From: an uncultured delta proteobacterium
Lineage (GTDB): Bacteria > Desulfobacterota > RBG-13-43-22
NCBI GenBank assembly: GCA_963790475.1
Contig: CAWBOS010000012.1
Coordinates: 64,001 to 128,000, forward strand
Direction of reading: 5' to 3'
DNA: 64,000 bases
Position numbers and translations under genes: made by a program. This document shows positions 50,370 to 60,908 of the stretch, in pieces; position 1 is the stretch's first letter; each line of letters starts with the position of its first letter. Under the pieces are notes generated by a model. That model searched no databases. It was not told the DNA's origin and was given only the letters and a program-made list of their open reading frames with translations.

Positions 50370-51584
50370 CTAATTTCCCCCTAAATACCCTTTGACTAAG
50401 GCATAAACCGTATCCACCGGGATGTTTTGAAGACACTTATTGTCCCGGCAGGGGGTGTTGCGATGGTTATAAGCCGTCAGGCAGGGGGAGCAGGGAAAAT
50501 CCGCATACAGGATCTGGGTATTTTTCCCCAAGGGCGCGTAGAGCCGGGGGGTCTCCGGTCCGAAAAAAACAAAATTTTTGATGCCCGTCAGGGAGGCAAA
50601 ATGGGCCGGGCCGCTGTCATTGGTGATCAGGAGATCGGAGATACTGAATAGGTCCATCAATTCATTAAAGGTGGTTTGGCCGGTAAACTGGATACAGCGG
50701 GCGTGGTTCAAGGCTTGATGCACCTGCTGGGTGGTTTCCTGATCGGCCCCGGCCCCTGTTAAAAGAATCACGATTCGGGGATCGGACAAGATACGTTTCG
50801 TTAGGTCAATGTACTTTTTAACCGGCCAGGCCCGGATGGGAATTTCTCCGGCACTGGGATTGAGAAGGACTAATTTATGTGCCGGGCTGATTTCCGGATA
50901 AAACCTCCGTATTTTTTCCCGGAGAGAGGCCGCATCCGATTCTGAAGCCTGATATGAGGCGGTCTCAATATCCTGATCTGGAATGGCCGCCTCCATAGCC
51001 GGCCAATCTTTTTCCGGGTAGCCTATTACCCGGACAAAAGACAAAAAAGTTTTGCTGATGTGCTGCTGGGGGTTATACTGGATCCAATGGGTATGAAGAC
51101 GGCCCCGATAGAGGCCCTCCATCCGGAATCTATGGAATCCAACCCGAATCGGGGCCGCGCTCAAATAACTGAAGATGGCTGTTATCCTGGCAAACAGCTC
51201 CAGATCAAAAACACAATCGATCTCTTCCTTGCGCATCCTGAAAATCACTTTCAGGCAATCAAGCAGAAAATAAAAAGGCGTTTTTTCCCGGATGACCAGG
51301 ACATTTTTTTCCGGGATCATTTTCAGGATGTCCACGCTGGCCCGGTTTTTTTCGAAGATCAAAAAAAAGAGTTCGGCCGAAGGATATTCCTTTTTAAGGG
51401 CTTTCATGGTCGGATAGGCCAGGATGGCGCTGCCCATCTCCGAAAGCTCGATGAAAAGGAATTTTTGTGGTGGTTGAGGAGGTCTTCTGCTTAGAGGCTT
51501 TATGAAACGATTCACAAGTGTCAAAAGCCAGCAGGCGGGAATACCGGTCCAAAAATCAATTTTTCTTACCAGATCGATGTTCAT
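50370..51584 (-). CDS. GT9 (heptosyltransferase-like) glycosyltransferase
   Basis: LSEMGSAIL, ITNDSGPAHFA, FFGP, CSPC...C...KC. Confidence 0.9.
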   Translation of the reverse strand: MNIDLVRKIDFWTGIPACWLLTLVNRFIKPLSRRPPQPPQKFLFIELSEMGSAILAYPTMKALKKEYPSAELFFLIFEKNRASVDILKMIPEKNVLVIREKTPFYFLLDCLKVIFRMRKEEIDCVFDLELFARITAIFSYLSAAPIRVGFHRFRMEGLYRGRLHTHWIQYNPQQHISKTFLSFVRVIGYPEKDWPAMEAAIPDQDIETASYQASESDAASLREKIRRFYPEISPAHKLVLLNPSAGEIPIRAWPVKKYIDLTKRILSDPRIVILLTGAGADQETTQQVHQALNHARCIQFTGQTTFNELMDLFSISDLLITNDSGPAHFASLTGIKNFVFFGPETPRLYAPLGKNTQILYADFPCSPCLTAYNHRNTPCRDNKCLQNIPVDTVYALVKGYLGGN

Positions 51585-52528
51585 AAATTTTTCTGTTTCT
51601 GATATATTTTTAAAAAACCATACCCCAATATAACGGCAAACCAGATCGTACAAATCCGGACGATAATGGTGGCCGTAGTGGCCAGGGCCTTGGGGACCTG
51701 GATTAGGAGCAAAAGGCTGGTCATGCTGCCTTCAGCCGCCCCGATCCCGCCCGGCAGCATGCTCAAGGCGCCGGCCAGAGTGGAAAAGGCATAAATAAAG
51801 GTGGCCTTGATCAGTAAAACCTCCACCCCCAGCCCGGTAAAGACCATCTGAAAGGCCAGGCATTCAAAAAACCAGGCTGCCATCCCCAGGAAAGTGGCTA
51901 AGCACAGCAAGCCGAACCCCATAAGATCATGCAGGGTGCGATAGGCTTCGCTCAGCGGCCCCTCTAATCGACGGCCCCAGGAAAACCGTCGCAGCAGCCC
52001 CAGCAGGCCGTTAAACACCTTAGGAGAAACCAAAGGCAGAAGGCCCAAAACCAAAACCAGCAACCCTACCCATAAAAGCCGGGCCCCAAAGGCGAAAGAG
52101 ATCCCCCCCAACAAGGTTAATAGATAAACCGCCAAAAGATCCGTGAACCGTTCGGCCAGGATAATGGGTCCCGATCGGGTCAGCGGTACTTGCCGGCTTT
52201 CTTTGAGTAAATAGGATTTTAGCAATTCACCCATCTTGCCCGGGGTCACGGTCATCACCAGGCCGCTCATAAAGATATAATAACTCTCCTTCCGGGGTAA
52301 TGAAATTCCCACCCGCTTCAAATATAACTCCCAGCGCCCGAAGCGAACAAGATAGTTCATAAAGGCCAAAGCCAGAATCAAGGGCAGGGTCCAATAAGCA
52401 AAATCCTTAAAAGCCCCGGTGACCGCTCCCCAATTTCCATACAGCGACAGTCCTAAGAATACCCCAACCCCCAGACCTAAAAAAAGGAAAAAACGTTTCG
52501 ATAGAATGGAAAATTGGGGATCGGCCAT
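51581..52528 (-). CDS. Flippase-like / lysylphosphatidylglycerol-synthase TM domain protein
   Basis: RFGRW, TPGKMGELLK, ERFTD, PGGIGAAEG. Confidence 0.85.
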   Translation of the reverse strand: MADPQFSILSKRFFLFLGLGVGVFLGLSLYGNWGAVTGAFKDFAYWTLPLILALAFMNYLVRFGRWELYLKRVGISLPRKESYYIFMSGLVMTVTPGKMGELLKSYLLKESRQVPLTRSGPIILAERFTDLLAVYLLTLLGGISFAFGARLLWVGLLVLVLGLLPLVSPKVFNGLLGLLRRFSWGRRLEGPLSEAYRTLHDLMGFGLLCLATFLGMAAWFFECLAFQMVFTGLGVEVLLIKATFIYAFSTLAGALSMLPGGIGAAEGSMTSLLLLIQVPKALATTATIIVRICTIWFAVILGYGFLKIYQKQKNL

Positions 52529-52534
52529 TATTAT

Positions 52535-53431
52535 TTAGCGGTAGAGGACAACCACGACGGTAATGGTCCAACCCATAACGGCCAAAAGGAGAGGACGATC
52601 GGTCAAAAGGATCTCTTCGGGCCGGCCGCCTTCCACCTTTTGGTGCACCAGATAAAGGTAGCGGAAAATCCCATAAAGCACAAAAGGAACAGTAAAAATC
52701 AGATTGGGGGTGTGAAATTTAGCAATGGTTTCTTCCGAGATGGTATAAAGGGCATAACTCATCACCGTGGTGGCCGTTACCACCCCCATCATCTGATCCA
52801 GAAGATAGGGGGAATATTCTTTCAGGATCCCACGATGATTAGCGGCATCTTCTTTAAGAAAGACCAATTCGTGCCGTCTTTTGGCCATGGCCAGAAACAA
52901 GGAAAGGAGCATGGTACAAATTAAAAGCCACGGAGAAAGTTGGACTCCGATGGCCCGGCCACCGGCCACTACCCTGAAAACGAATCCGGCGGCAATGGAA
53001 AAGATATCCAGAATAACCAGATGCTTCAAATATAAGGTATAAAGGACCTGGAGAAGGAGGTAGGCGGCCATAATCTGGGTCAAGCCAATGGAGATCCTCC
53101 ACCCGATCAGGAAACTCAAAATCAAAATCAGGAAAGCAATAATTCCGGCCAAGGTCGGGTTCACCCGGCCAGAGGCCAGAGGACGGTTCCGCTTGATTGG
53201 ATGCTGGCGGTCTTCTTTAAGATCTTTTAAGTCATTAAAGATATAAACCCCCCCGGTCAGAAGGCAGAAAAGACCGAAGGCCTCCAGGGTCTTTGTGAAC
53301 AAAGGACCATTCAACAAGTTTTGTGAAAAAAGCAAGGGAGCGAACAAGACCCCGTTTTTGATCCACTGTTTGGGACGCAGGGTCAGAAAGAGGTCCCTTA
53401 AAAAAATAAGGGGATTGTTATTTTTCGGCAT
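52535..53431 (-). CDS. Polyprenyl-phosphate phosphoribosyltransferase (DPPR synthase, UbiA family)
   Basis: RPKQWIKN, ND..D...DRQHP.KR.RPLASG, KRRHE, YGIFRY. Confidence 0.88.
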   Translation of the reverse strand: MPKNNNPLIFLRDLFLTLRPKQWIKNGVLFAPLLFSQNLLNGPLFTKTLEAFGLFCLLTGGVYIFNDLKDLKEDRQHPIKRNRPLASGRVNPTLAGIIAFLILILSFLIGWRISIGLTQIMAAYLLLQVLYTLYLKHLVILDIFSIAAGFVFRVVAGGRAIGVQLSPWLLICTMLLSLFLAMAKRRHELVFLKEDAANHRGILKEYSPYLLDQMMGVVTATTVMSYALYTISEETIAKFHTPNLIFTVPFVLYGIFRYLYLVHQKVEGGRPEEILLTDRPLLLAVMGWTITVVVVLYR

Positions 53432-53635
53432 CCGTCACCTGTACCAAGTTATTTTTTCCCCGACACTGTTTCCCGGCCGATAGCCCCGGTCGCCCCTTCT
53501 ATAACTGGAAGATATTGTGAGTAAATTTTACTATAGACTTAACCGGAAAAATTGGCAACGAAAAAGAACGCTTTTCTCTTTATCTTTTATTTTATCCATT
53601 ATAGAATTGTCTTCCAGGGTAAGAAGCATTCCCGG

Positions 53636-53777
53636 GAGTGCTTTGAAAAATGTTCAATTTTGTTCAAGATCAAGGAAGACGAAAAATTTAACCGCAGGAA
53701 TACATATAGTATTTCGTGGATTATATTTTGAGTCTGACGCAGAAATTGGGTAAAAGAGGACGTTTTTCAAAACTCTC
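53636..53777. mobile_element. MITE-like repeat, copy 2 (about 142 bp)
   Basis: Closely similar to 26626-26768; ends GAGTGCTTTGAAAAA...TTTTTCAAAACTCTC. Confidence 0.8.
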
Positions 53778-53829
53778 CCTCATCATCCTGTGCTGATTCC
53801 AAGGTCACAAAAATCGAAGGAGGATACCG

Positions 53830-55260
53830 ATGAAGGATACTAGTTGGGAAGGTTCAAAATTTCCAGTTAAAATTCAGGACAATACCTTTCGGGACGGGCA
53901 TCAATCCCTGCTGGCCACCCGGATGAAGACCGAGGATATGCTGCCCATTGCCGAAAAGATGGATGAGATGGGCTTCTGGGCCATGGAGGTCTGGGGCGGG
54001 GCGACCTTTGACACCATGCATCGGTTCTTAGGCGAAGACCCCTTCGATCGGCTCAAGACTTTGAAAAAATATATTAAAAAAACCCCTTTAACCATGCTCC
54101 TGCGGGGCCAGAACCTGGTAGGCTATCGCAACTATGCCGATGATGTCTGCCGGCTCTTTGTGGACAAGAGCTGCGAAGCCGGGATGGACATCTTCCGGGT
54201 CTTCGATGCCCTTAACGATTTCCGTAATTTTGAAACCTGCGTGGAGCGGATCAAGGCCAACGGAAAACACTTTCAGGCGGCCATCTGTTATTCCCTGACC
54301 GAAAGATCTTTGGGCGGACCGGTTTTTAACATGAACTACTATGTCACCAAGGCCAAGGAATTGGAAGCCATGGGAGCCGACACCCTGTGCATCAAAGACA
54401 TGGCCGGCATCATGGCCCCTTATGACATCGCCTGGTTGATCCAGGAATTGAAGAAAGCCATTAAAATCCCGATCCATCTCCATACCCACTACACCAGCGG
54501 AATGGCATCCATGACCTATTTGAAGGCCATCGAGGCCGGGGTGGACATCATTGATACCTGTCTGGCCCCTTTTGCCTTAAGGACCTCTCAACCGGCCATC
54601 GAACCCATCGTGGCCACCTTCAGGGGAACGCCGCGCGATCCGGGGCTGGACCTGAACGCCCTCCTGGAATTGGGCGAATATCTGGAAACCATCGCACCCA
54701 AATACAGTAATTTCCTGGCCACCAACCGGATGTCGGTTATCGACACAGCCGTGCTGGTCCATCAGGTCCCGGGCGGGATGATCTCCAATCTGGTCAGCCA
54801 GCTCAAAGAGGCCAAGGCCCTGGACCGGCTGAATGAGGTCTATGCCGAGGTCCCCATCACCCGCAGGGAATTGGGCACCCCGCCTTTGGTCACCCCGACC
54901 TCGCAGATTGTGGGCGTCCAGGCCGTCTTGAATGTTTTACTCGGCAAATATAAAATGATCACCAACCAGGTCAAGGACCTGGTTTATGGACTCTATGGGA
55001 AAACCCCGACCCCCATCGATCCCGAGATTCAGAAAATAGTCCTTAAAAACTATAAACGGGGGCAGACGCCGGTCACCGGACGGGCCGCCGATTATCTGGA
55101 ACCGGAACTCGAGGAGGCCAGAAAAAAAATCGGCTCCCTGGCCAAGGATGATTTTGATCTTCTCGTTTACGCCCTTTACCCCACTACCGGAGAGCAATTC
55201 TTAAAAGCAAAATACGGCCTGGAGGATAAGCCGCAGCAAGCCGTGGCATCAGACAAGTAA
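53830..55260 (+). CDS. Pyruvate carboxylase subunit B / oxaloacetate decarboxylase alpha, carboxyltransferase domain only (no biotin carrier)
   Basis: RDGHQSLLATR, EVWGGATFD, IKDMAG, HLHTH, HQVPGGM, LVTPTSQIVG. Confidence 0.92.
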   Translation: MKDTSWEGSKFPVKIQDNTFRDGHQSLLATRMKTEDMLPIAEKMDEMGFWAMEVWGGATFDTMHRFLGEDPFDRLKTLKKYIKKTPLTMLLRGQNLVGYRNYADDVCRLFVDKSCEAGMDIFRVFDALNDFRNFETCVERIKANGKHFQAAICYSLTERSLGGPVFNMNYYVTKAKELEAMGADTLCIKDMAGIMAPYDIAWLIQELKKAIKIPIHLHTHYTSGMASMTYLKAIEAGVDIIDTCLAPFALRTSQPAIEPIVATFRGTPRDPGLDLNALLELGEYLETIAPKYSNFLATNRMSVIDTAVLVHQVPGGMISNLVSQLKEAKALDRLNEVYAEVPITRRELGTPPLVTPTSQIVGVQAVLNVLLGKYKMITNQVKDLVYGLYGKTPTPIDPEIQKIVLKNYKRGQTPVTGRAADYLEPELEEARKKIGSLAKDDFDLLVYALYPTTGEQFLKAKYGLEDKPQQAVASDK

Positions 55261-55435
55261 CCTCTTTCAGCTTCACCCGGGGGAGCCGATTCCTCCCGCT
55301 CCCCCTTGGGAACTCTTACTTTTAAGCACGTTCGGCATGAACGTCCCTTCTTGATGAACTGTTTATTATGCTTTAAGTTATTTATTTGATACTCAACTTT
55401 CTCATCTCCGATGATGTTTGCCCCGAAAGGCTGGG

Positions 55436-56008
55436 CTGTCGCAGGTGATCCCTTTCCAGGACTCCGACCTGGAAAAGCTGTATTCATACATCCGGTTTCT
55501 CCTCAACAAATTGCCGAGGGGCAACCGGGGACCGGTCTACAACTTTGACGACGATGTTTCGCTCAAATTCTATCGCCTGCAAAAGATTGGCGAGGGTTCA
55601 ATCGTCATGGAGCCGGGCGCCCGCTATGAGATACCGGGGCCCACCTCCGTGGGCACAGGAATGGCCCGAAAAGATGAGATAGAGTTATCCAAATTAATCG
55701 ATATTCTTAACCAGCGGTTTGGAACCGAATTCAAACCAGGCGACCAGTTATTCTTCGAGTCCATACGGGAAGATGCAGTGGCGGATAACAGCCTCCGTCA
55801 AGCGGCTGTTGCCAATACGATGGAGAACTTCGGTTACGTCTTCCGCAAGGCGCTGGAAGGACTTTTCATCGACCGGATGGATCAGAACGAGGAGATTACA
55901 GCCAAATTTATGAACGAGGAACAATTCCGCGAGGCCGTAAGCCAACACCTCCTTAAAGAGGTTTATGAGCAGATTCGAAAAGAGCAGGACCCAGCGGAGG
56001 GGGCATGA
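55436..56008 (+). pseudogene. hsdR: C-terminal fragment of a type I restriction enzyme R subunit
   Basis: LSQVIPFQDSDLEKLY, YRLQK, LS.LID.LN.RFGTEF, RMDQN; no nuclease or helicase part upstream. Confidence 0.75.
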
Positions 56009-56019
56009 AAGTATAAAGA

Positions 56020-57738
56020 ATGCCTGCTTTTTTATCAGATCAGCTTATTCAATGCAAAACCCTCTTGCTCTCGGAGATAGGCCATATCCCCCAATCCGCC
56101 TGCGCATTTCTATTTTCTCCAGTCAAACCCGCGTATCACGACCTGGTCAAACTCCAGGAATTATTTTATGCGGAATGGGCTTCTTTCGAAAGCAATCCGG
56201 AACGGGAAGCAATCCGGGCCCTCAGAGAAATTCTTTTTCCTTCAAGACCCTTTGACGTTACCATCATTGAAAAACTGTCTCTTTTGGATTTCCCTGTAAT
56301 TCAAGACTTCTGTATTGCCAAGATCCTGAAAGATATTTCCTCCAGCAGTCATCCCCGGGTCACCCCCCAATTATTCATTGAATTACTCAATTGCTACACT
56401 CAACGGGCCCCGGAATTTCTTGTTCTGGTCGATCCCCTTTTGCTCCTGATCGTGTTGGAAGGAGACCCCTCGATCAGGCAGGAAATAAAAACCCGGACCT
56501 GTGCCGTTCTGATCAATCACTATGAAATCGAAACCCTGATCATTTATATCTCCTGTCACCAGGACTTCAAGGAAACTGAAAAACAAACCCTGTTCCAAAG
56601 CCTGACGGCCTTTCAAAAGATTTACCGAAAATTTTTAGAATTGCAAGACGAGATCGGGAACAAAGACCTGATCAGCCTGAATTGGTTCGGGGAGGATTTC
56701 GGGCGTCTTAAAAAGCGGGGACGGTTTCGAGACAGTTTTTCCAGCCTGGTCGGTCGGTTTTTGGAACTCCTCCGGGAAAAGAACAAAAATGAGGCCCTGC
56801 AAGTGGGAAGATTTCTGGTCCTTCGTTTTAATAATGAAGACATCCTGCGAATTCTTCACGGCCAGATGGAAGCCGGAGAACTTAAAAATAACTTTCTGCT
56901 GAAAAATTTCTTTTTCCGTCAGATCTATTCCATCATGCAGGAATTCCGAAAGGAATATATCTCACGGAAAGTCGATTCTGAATTGACGCATTTTATTTCC
57001 GAATTGGAAACTCAGAATTTTGACTCCATGCGTCTCATCACGGCCGGGAAAGTGCCGGCCCATATAATCCCCCTGGAACTGGCCAAAGAGGGTCATCCAC
57101 TTCCGAATTATCCCCTCGAACCAGATCTCGTGGAGAAAATGAAACAATACCACCTGAGCGCTCTGTTTGATCTTTATCCAATTCCACCCCGGGCCCAGGA
57201 GATACTGCTGACCCTCAACCGGATTGCTGAAAATCTGGATTTGCAGAAAGAAGAACTGGTGAAGTATATTGCCTATCTGGAACGGGTACTGATTTTTCTT
57301 CAACAATTGGAGGGAATGGGGATTCAGATTTTAAGCAGTCTCCGTTATGGGTTGATCTTAAACCCCTTTCAAATGAAATCCTTGTCTTTGATTTTCGAAG
57401 GGGCTTATTTTGCCTCCTCCGGCTATTGGATGCACAGCACTGTCCCCCCCGGTCTGATCCGCTGCATCAATTTCAACGCCATCCCCAATTGCCTCGGTGT
57501 TTTGGACCGTCATATTTTCTCCCGCATATCTTTACTCACCGGCGCCTTTCGCGGGACCCCCTTTGACCTGGACAGCACCAACCGCTATGATTGGGATGAA
57601 GAACCTGAAACCTGCCAGATCCGCCCCGGATATTTTCTGCTGGATATCCCTTCCTCCCTGACCCAACCCTGGGAGAAAATTCAGAACCTCCAGCAGGAGG
57701 CCCTGCGGGAAAAGATTATGAAAAAAGAATGGACCTGA
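56020..57738 (+). CDS. Hypothetical protein, 572 aa
   Basis: Long ORF; no motif recognised. Confidence 0.65.
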   Translation: MPAFLSDQLIQCKTLLLSEIGHIPQSACAFLFSPVKPAYHDLVKLQELFYAEWASFESNPEREAIRALREILFPSRPFDVTIIEKLSLLDFPVIQDFCIAKILKDISSSSHPRVTPQLFIELLNCYTQRAPEFLVLVDPLLLLIVLEGDPSIRQEIKTRTCAVLINHYEIETLIIYISCHQDFKETEKQTLFQSLTAFQKIYRKFLELQDEIGNKDLISLNWFGEDFGRLKKRGRFRDSFSSLVGRFLELLREKNKNEALQVGRFLVLRFNNEDILRILHGQMEAGELKNNFLLKNFFFRQIYSIMQEFRKEYISRKVDSELTHFISELETQNFDSMRLITAGKVPAHIIPLELAKEGHPLPNYPLEPDLVEKMKQYHLSALFDLYPIPPRAQEILLTLNRIAENLDLQKEELVKYIAYLERVLIFLQQLEGMGIQILSSLRYGLILNPFQMKSLSLIFEGAYFASSGYWMHSTVPPGLIRCINFNAIPNCLGVLDRHIFSRISLLTGAFRGTPFDLDSTNRYDWDEEPETCQIRPGYFLLDIPSSLTQPWEKIQNLQQEALREKIMKKEWT

Positions 57739-57909
57739 GCAGGGGCAGCGGCGAAAGAACCAATCCAGGAAAGGGTGCCCTCCAATTAAGGAAAGGGTAT
57801 GGGTTTAGAGTTCGGAGTAACAAGCGAACACTCCGAACTCTGAATTTCCAACTAAAGAATTGAACTGAGATATCGAATAATTTCTTAAAATCTCAAGCTG
57901 TTTCTTTGA

Positions 57910-59844
57910 CTATATGGCCAGGGCCGCCAGATATCCGTCTCGAACGGCCTCCATGATTCCCTGGGGCTGGGAAGAGTCGCCGACGCAGCGGACTTCCGGT
58001 ACCCGTCCTTGAAGCGTTTTGAACAACTGGTCGTTGGCATGATATCCGACAGCCAATACAACGGTGTCGGCCGGGAAAAGGGTTTTGCCTCCATCGGCCA
58101 TGATCACCGTTACCCCGCCTGCCGATATTTCCTGACATTTCGCTTCGGTCAGCAGAACCACCTGATAATGCTTAAGCCCGTCCATGAGCCGGCGCCGGAC
58201 CATTGGACCCATCTCGGCCGCCATCCTTTTCAACACTTCAATAATGGTTACCTTTTTCCCTTTTTCGGCCAGGTAGTGACCCGTCTCACATCCGACCAGT
58301 CCACCGCCGATGACCACCACCTCTTGCCCGGTCTTTTTTTTGCCGAAAAGGATATCATGGGCCGTGACCACCTGAGGTCCGTCTATGCCGGGGATATCGG
58401 GTGTGATGGGAACACCCCCCAAAGCCAGGATCACCACATCCGGCTTCTCTTCCACAACCAATTCCGGAGTCACCTCGGTCCTGAGCCTGATCTTAACACC
58501 GGTTAAGTCCAGTTGATGAATCAGATAATTCAGCCAGGGGAAAATATCGCCCTTATTCGGCGGCAGGGCGGCTATGTTTAATTGGCCGCCGAGTTCCTGG
58601 TCTTTCTCTAAAAGGGTCACTTTATGGCCTCGGAGCGCGGCCACCCGGGCCGCCTCCATTCCCGCCGGTCCGCTGCCGACCACCCATACATTTTTCACTA
58701 GGGCTGCCGATTGAATCCTACGCACACCCTCCTGGCCGGTTGCCGGGTTGATGGTACAGATAAGCCCCTCGTCCCTGGAACCGAGGCGTTCAATACACTC
58801 AAAGCATCCGATACAGGTCTTGATTTCATTCAAACGGCCTTCGGCCGTTTTGTTAGGCAGGTCAGGATCGGCAATGAGGCGTCGGCCTATGGCAACCAGG
58901 TCGGCCTTACCTTCCAACAGGGCCTTCTCCCCGGTCTCCAGATCCAGTCGGCCCACGGCAATCACCGGAACCGTGGTGATTTTTTTCAGCTCATCCGCCA
59001 GGGGCACCAAAGAAGCCGCGGTGTCCGGCAACGGGGCCTTGGTGATGAAGGAAAAGGCCCCATAGGCCGAGGCATGAACGGCCTGGGCTCCGGCCTTTAC
59101 CGCCCAGGGGACGATTTGCTTGGTTTCTTCCAGGGTGATCCCGTCCTCAACGCCAAATTCCTGGACGTTGATCCGCGGCCATATCGGGTAGTCCGGACCT
59201 ACGGCCTTTCTCATGGCCTCGATGATCTCGATCAAAATTCTGGCTTTATTTTCCAGACTTCCGCCATATTTATCCGTTCGCTTATTGGTGGCCGAGGACA
59301 AGAAAGAGGCCACGATATACTGATGAGCCCCGTGGATTTCCACGGCATCGATCCCTACTTCCCTGGCCCGTTTCGTTGAATCGGCAAACCATTGAACGAT
59401 CTCACCGATTTCAGCGATGGTCAGTTCCTGGGGAAGCCCTCCCATGACTCCGATCATCCTGCTGGGGACCCGGAGAGACGAAGGGGCCACTTGGACAAAG
59501 GCACCGTCCCTGTGTTCGTAACCGGCATGATGCAATTGTACGGCTATCTTGGCTCCATGTTGGTGAACGGCCTTCACCAGTTCCCGCCAGCCGGTGAGAT
59601 CCTGGTCATCTCCCAGGCTGAGCTGACGGGGGCCCTGGCACTTTACTCCGGGAGCAACTCCTTCGGTGATGATCAGCCCGGTTCCCCCTCGGGCGCGTGC
59701 CTCATAGTAGTCAAGGAGGCGAGAACCGATTTTTCTCTCTTCCGAATAACCGGTCCCCATAGGTGGAAGGACGATACGATTTTTTATCTCCAATGTTCCT
59801 ATACGAACCGGCTCAAAAACTTTCTTGTAGTTCACTTTGGACAT
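57910..59844 (-). CDS. NADH:flavin oxidoreductase (OYE TIM barrel + Fe-S + FAD; 2,4-dienoyl-CoA reductase-like)
   Basis: RARGGTGLII, EIHGAH, NKRTDKYGGSLEN, CIGCFEC, GSGPAG, GGGLVG. Confidence 0.92.
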   Translation of the reverse strand: MSKVNYKKVFEPVRIGTLEIKNRIVLPPMGTGYSEERKIGSRLLDYYEARARGGTGLIITEGVAPGVKCQGPRQLSLGDDQDLTGWRELVKAVHQHGAKIAVQLHHAGYEHRDGAFVQVAPSSLRVPSRMIGVMGGLPQELTIAEIGEIVQWFADSTKRAREVGIDAVEIHGAHQYIVASFLSSATNKRTDKYGGSLENKARILIEIIEAMRKAVGPDYPIWPRINVQEFGVEDGITLEETKQIVPWAVKAGAQAVHASAYGAFSFITKAPLPDTAASLVPLADELKKITTVPVIAVGRLDLETGEKALLEGKADLVAIGRRLIADPDLPNKTAEGRLNEIKTCIGCFECIERLGSRDEGLICTINPATGQEGVRRIQSAALVKNVWVVGSGPAGMEAARVAALRGHKVTLLEKDQELGGQLNIAALPPNKGDIFPWLNYLIHQLDLTGVKIRLRTEVTPELVVEEKPDVVILALGGVPITPDIPGIDGPQVVTAHDILFGKKKTGQEVVVIGGGLVGCETGHYLAEKGKKVTIIEVLKRMAAEMGPMVRRRLMDGLKHYQVVLLTEAKCQEISAGGVTVIMADGGKTLFPADTVVLAVGYHANDQLFKTLQGRVPEVRCVGDSSQPQGIMEAVRDGYLAALAI

Positions 59845-59883
59845 AGTCACCTCCATTGGTTTTCTGTTTTCACCCGAGCCTTT

Positions 59884-60684
59884 CTACTTTCCGGTAAACC
59901 TGGGTGGCCGCTTCTCCAGAAAAGAATCCCGCTGTTCCTTCATGTCGTGAGGTGCGCGGCGGGAAATGATAAGATGATAGTATTCGTTCTTTAATTGTTC
60001 ATCAAAGCCCAATTCCATGCTCTGTTGAAGGACCCGCCTGGCCGCTTGGGTAGCCATGGGCGGTAAGGATACGATTTGATTAGCCACCTTCAAGGCCTCA
60101 TCCATGAGCTTTTCCGATGGGACTAGACGGTCGAGTAGCCCGATGCGATAAGCTTCTTCAGCCTCGACATAGCGGCTGGTGAAGATCAAATCACAGGCCC
60201 GGCTGTAACCCACAATACGGGGAAGATAATAAGACATGCCGGTATCGGGACTCAGGCTCCGCTCCGGGAACACCACCTTAAACCTTGATTTTTCCGAACC
60301 GATGCGCATATCGCAAGCCAGCGCTACCGACATGCCGGCGCCGGCGGTCACCCCGTTTATAGCGGCAATGACCGGTTTATCCAGGGTCTTGTAAATGGCC
60401 GTCGACAATCTCCCGACCCAGCCGTAGGTGTCAAGCCGCTCCTGCCTTGGCGGCACTTCACCGGCCTCTTGATGCAACACTCGCACATCCGCTCCGGAGG
60501 AGAAAGCCCTTCCGGCGCCGGTCATAATAACCGCCCAGACACTGTCATCGTTGCGGAGTTCTTGACAGGCCGCTATGATGGCGTCCTGAATTTCAGTATT
60601 TAAGGCGTTTAAAGTTGTCGGTCTGTTGAGGGTCAAAATCGCCACCTTGTCCTGTCGCTCAATCAGAAGAACTTTATCAGACAT
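59884..60684 (-). CDS. Enoyl-CoA hydratase/isomerase family protein
   Basis: LNRP..LNAL, AFSSGAD, KPVIAAING..AGAG. Confidence 0.93.
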   Translation of the reverse strand: MSDKVLLIERQDKVAILTLNRPTTLNALNTEIQDAIIAACQELRNDDSVWAVIMTGAGRAFSSGADVRVLHQEAGEVPPRQERLDTYGWVGRLSTAIYKTLDKPVIAAINGVTAGAGMSVALACDMRIGSEKSRFKVVFPERSLSPDTGMSYYLPRIVGYSRACDLIFTSRYVEAEEAYRIGLLDRLVPSEKLMDEALKVANQIVSLPPMATQAARRVLQQSMELGFDEQLKNEYYHLIISRRAPHDMKEQRDSFLEKRPPRFTGK

Positions 60685-60908
60685 TTCTCGCTCCTTTTTC
60701 TTATAACTCTATCATAATAACTTTATATTCTATAGATATAGAGGCAAGGGGAAAGGGTGTCAAGAATAAACCTGAAGGCGGCCAAAGTCGGCCGGAGCAT
60801 CAAATCATAGTCCGCTTACTTTTATCCTGTCCTCTGGAACAGCCGATGAATCCAGAGGTTTTATTCAACGAGGCCCTATTTTTTCCCGAATAAAAGTGCA
60901 AGAGTATG

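Noticed and set aside
55380-55430. GGGCAAAC as a c-di-GMP-I riboswitch
   Set aside because: The GAAA tetraloop stem and the GACGCAAA-type junction are missing.
58009-59994. Long plus-strand ORFs over the flavin oxidoreductase, and similar ones over acs and dsr genes
   Set aside because: Antisense frames kept open by codon bias; no motifs.
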